Shown: piece by piece, positions 62,309 through 64,000 of the stretch | How the letters are laid out: each line of letters starts with the position of its first letter | How positions within the stretch are numbered: position 1 is the first letter of the stretch | Assembly: GCA_019244185.1 (NCBI GenBank) | Contig: JAFATB010000026.1 | Span: 1 to 64,000, forward strand | Reading direction: 5' to 3' | Source: Acidobacteriota bacterium | GTDB taxonomy: Bacteria; Acidobacteriota; Thermoanaerobaculia; Gp7-AA8 | DNA: 64,000 bases | Notes under the pieces: generated by a model | What the model was told of the DNA's origin: nothing | The model's input: the letters and a program-made list of their open reading frames with translations, nothing else | The model's database searches: none | Translations under genes and position numbers: made by a program

Positions 62309-62760
62309 ACGCGCTCGACCGCCAGCCGCTCGTACGCGATCACGAGCTCTTCCATCGCCGCGTCGTTGCCCTTCGCATTGAGGCCGCCGAGGGTGTACTT
62401 GAGCGGGCGGGCCTCGTTGAGCGTCCAGCGCGCGACGGTGCGATGGTCTTCGCTCTGCAGCTCGACGGTGATCGTGCGGCGCGAGTTGGTCTCGCCTTCG
62501 CGCACCTGGTTGATCCAGTCGAAGAGCGCGGTCGGATTGATGATGCCGCGCTTGAACGTCACGTCCGCGGCCTTGTTCAGGCCCGTCAGCTTGATGACGT
62601 TGTTGTGCGGCGCGTTGCCGACGCGGTAGTCCTGCTGCGCGATCTCGGTCGAGAGACCGGTGACTTCCTGAAAGCCTCCCTGGATCGAACCGGGATCGGC
62701 GCCTCCGCCGAGGTTCACCAGGAAGTTGAACTGCATGTAAGGGCGGTCGCGGTCGGCCAT
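62305..62760 (-). CDS. Tail tube protein (gp19-like), copy 1
   Basis: PY..FNF.V, GGFQEVTGL, YR.GN, K..G, VT.KRG, W.L....P.K, EEL. Confidence 0.95.
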   Translation of the reverse strand: MADRDRPYMQFNFLVNLGGGADPGSIQGGFQEVTGLSTEIAQQDYRVGNAPHNNVIKLTGLNKAADVTFKRGIINPTALFDWINQVREGETNSRRTITVELQSEDHRTVARWTLNEARPLKYTLGGLNAKGNDAAMEELVIAYERLAVERV

Positions 62761-62772
62761 GGTGTCGTCTCC

Positions 62773-64000
62773 TTAGACCTTGCGATCGGCCGTCCACTGA
62801 CCGACGCGGATGATCACGTACTCGGCGGGGCGGAGCGCGGCGACGCCGACGAGACAGACGAGGCGTCCGTTGTCGAGATCGTTCTGCGTCATCGTCGAGC
62901 GGTCGCACTTGACGAAGAAGGCCTTCTCCGCGCGATCGCCGAGCAGCGCGCCGTTCTGCCACTCGTTGAAGAGGAAGTCGGTGATGGTGATGCGGACGTT
63001 CGACCAGAGCCGCTCGCCGTTCGGCTCGAAGACCGCCCACTGCGTGCCCTTGTCGATGGAGTGCTCGAGGTAGGCGAAGTAGCGGCGGAGATTCACGTAC
63101 TTCCACTCCGGATCGGAGCTCGCCGTGCGCGCGCCCCAGAGGCGGTAGCCGCGTCCCTCGAAGAAGCGGAAGCAGTTCACGCCGAGCGGATTGAGCACGT
63201 CCTGCTGGGCCTTGTTGAGCAGCGTCTCGAGGCCGATCGCGCCGTCGACGACCTCGTTCGCCGGCGCTTTGAACACGCCGCGCTCGATGTCGTTGCGCGC
63301 GTAGATGCCGGCCACCGCGCCGCTCGGCGGAAGGTTGATCTCCTTCTGCGTCACCGGATCGAAGACGGTGATCCACGGGTAGTACAGCGCGGCGTACGAG
63401 GTGTCGATCTTGCCGCGCATGTCGCGCACGTCGGCGATCGACTGCTTGTCGCCGGAGTCGAGGACCGCGATGCGGTAGCGCATGCGCTGCGCGTGCGAGA
63501 TGACCGAGTTGAGGATGGCCAGCTCCTGCGCCGCGCGCGTGGCGAAGTTGAGCGTCGAGCCGGGCGCGGCGACGATGGAGATCTCGTCGATGTCTTCGAG
63601 CGCCTTGAGGCCGCTCTTGGTCTTGTCGTCCGGCGCGCCGCCGTGGCCCTCGTAGTCGTCGACTTCGGGCAGCGAGCCGTCGTCGCCGCCTTCGAGCACG
63701 AAGTCGAAGGAGCGCTCGGCGTCGCTCGACGCCGGATTCTTGAGCTGCTGCGCCATCGACTTCGTCGGATCGGACGGCACGGGCGCGAGGCCGAGGATGT
63801 AGGCGATGAGGGCGAGGCCGTCGTCGAACGCGTCGAGGTTCATCACGATCGGGATCGAGCGCGCCCGTCCCATCGACGGCTGTTCGAGCGCGAACATTGA
63901 CGCCATCGAGTCGTCGGCGCCGTTGCGGCGATGGCGCGCGTCGAGGGCGAGCTCGGGATAGACGAACGAGGCGATGTTCGGATCGGGCGGGAGGACGGTG
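62773..64000 (-). CDS. Tail sheath protein, C-terminal part (5' end beyond the window)
   Basis: AALYYPW, PPSG.VAG.YAR.D..RGV.KAPAN, LWGART, YVN.RR, VFEPN, F.VKCD; frame is open to the window edge. Confidence 0.96.
   Translation of the reverse strand, partial: TVLPPDPNIASFVYPELALDARHRRNGADDSMASMFALEQPSMGRARSIPIVMNLDAFDDGLALIAYILGLAPVPSDPTKSMAQQLKNPASSDAERSFDFVLEGGDDGSLPEVDDYEGHGGAPDDKTKSGLKALEDIDEISIVAAPGSTLNFATRAAQELAILNSVISHAQRMRYRIAVLDSGDKQSIADVRDMRGKIDTSYAALYYPWITVFDPVTQKEINLPPSGAVAGIYARNDIERGVFKAPANEVVDGAIGLETLLNKAQQDVLNPLGVNCFRFFEGRGYRLWGARTASSDPEWKYVNLRRYFAYLEHSIDKGTQWAVFEPNGERLWSNVRITITDFLFNEWQNGALLGDRAEKAFFVKCDRSTMTQNDLDNGRLVCLVGVAALRPAEYVIIRVGQWTADRKV

Larger units (their letters stand above)
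34643..64000 (-). other. Extracellular contractile injection system (eCIS) locus, truncated at the window end
   Basis: Sheath x2, tube x2, Afp7-like, split VgrG, gp25, baseplate, AAA ATPase, toxin; no capsid, terminase or integrase genes and no T6SS membrane complex seen. Confidence 0.93.

Noticed and set aside
59927-63376. 1149-aa version of sheath 2 and other extended starts in the ORF track (e.g. 2256, 4249, 15758, 26430, 30913, 39899, 54738)
   Set aside because: The extensions overlap real upstream genes; downstream starts with stop/start coupling or an RBS were chosen instead.
39716-64000. Prophage or canonical T6SS interpretation
   Set aside because: No capsid, portal, terminase or integrase genes and no TssJLM/ClpV; the Afp7-like gene, Afp15-like ATPase and duplicated sheath/tube genes indicate eCIS.

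Overview
GC-rich bacterial window; the gene repertoire is reminiscent of Acidobacteriota, but that is an inference. It opens with the 3' part of a 23S rRNA gene, a 5S rRNA gene and a terminator. Next come a five-gene envelope-glycosylation operon (three GT-C-like paralogs, a GT2 and a methyltransferase), metG, a copper-resistance cluster (P1B ATPase, TolC, multicopper oxidase, cytochrome c), a sigma54-type M4 protease gene and a sulfatase-TPR gene. From 23.9 kb to the window end, about 40 kb of genes all lie on the minus strand. These comprise (i) an unusual lanthipeptide-like RiPP locus: a 203-aa precursor with a 16-Cys/24-Thr/8-Ser core and a coiled-coil C-terminal tail, a stand-alone HopA1/LanY-like lyase, and a kinase-LanC fusion; (ii) a StlD/DarB-like ketosynthase fused to a heme-oxygenase-like domain, with a desaturase and a conserved hypothetical gene, behind a sigma70 promoter flanked by two palindromic operators; and (iii) an extracellular contractile injection system (eCIS) running off the right edge. 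The eCIS carries a polymorphic toxin with a PD-(D/E)xK-like C-terminus, two candidate immunity genes, two GT2 genes, a membrane-anchored component and an outer-membrane beta-barrel protein. The RiPP locus is the best candidate for an undescribed system. All family calls come from motifs read by eye; no database search was run.
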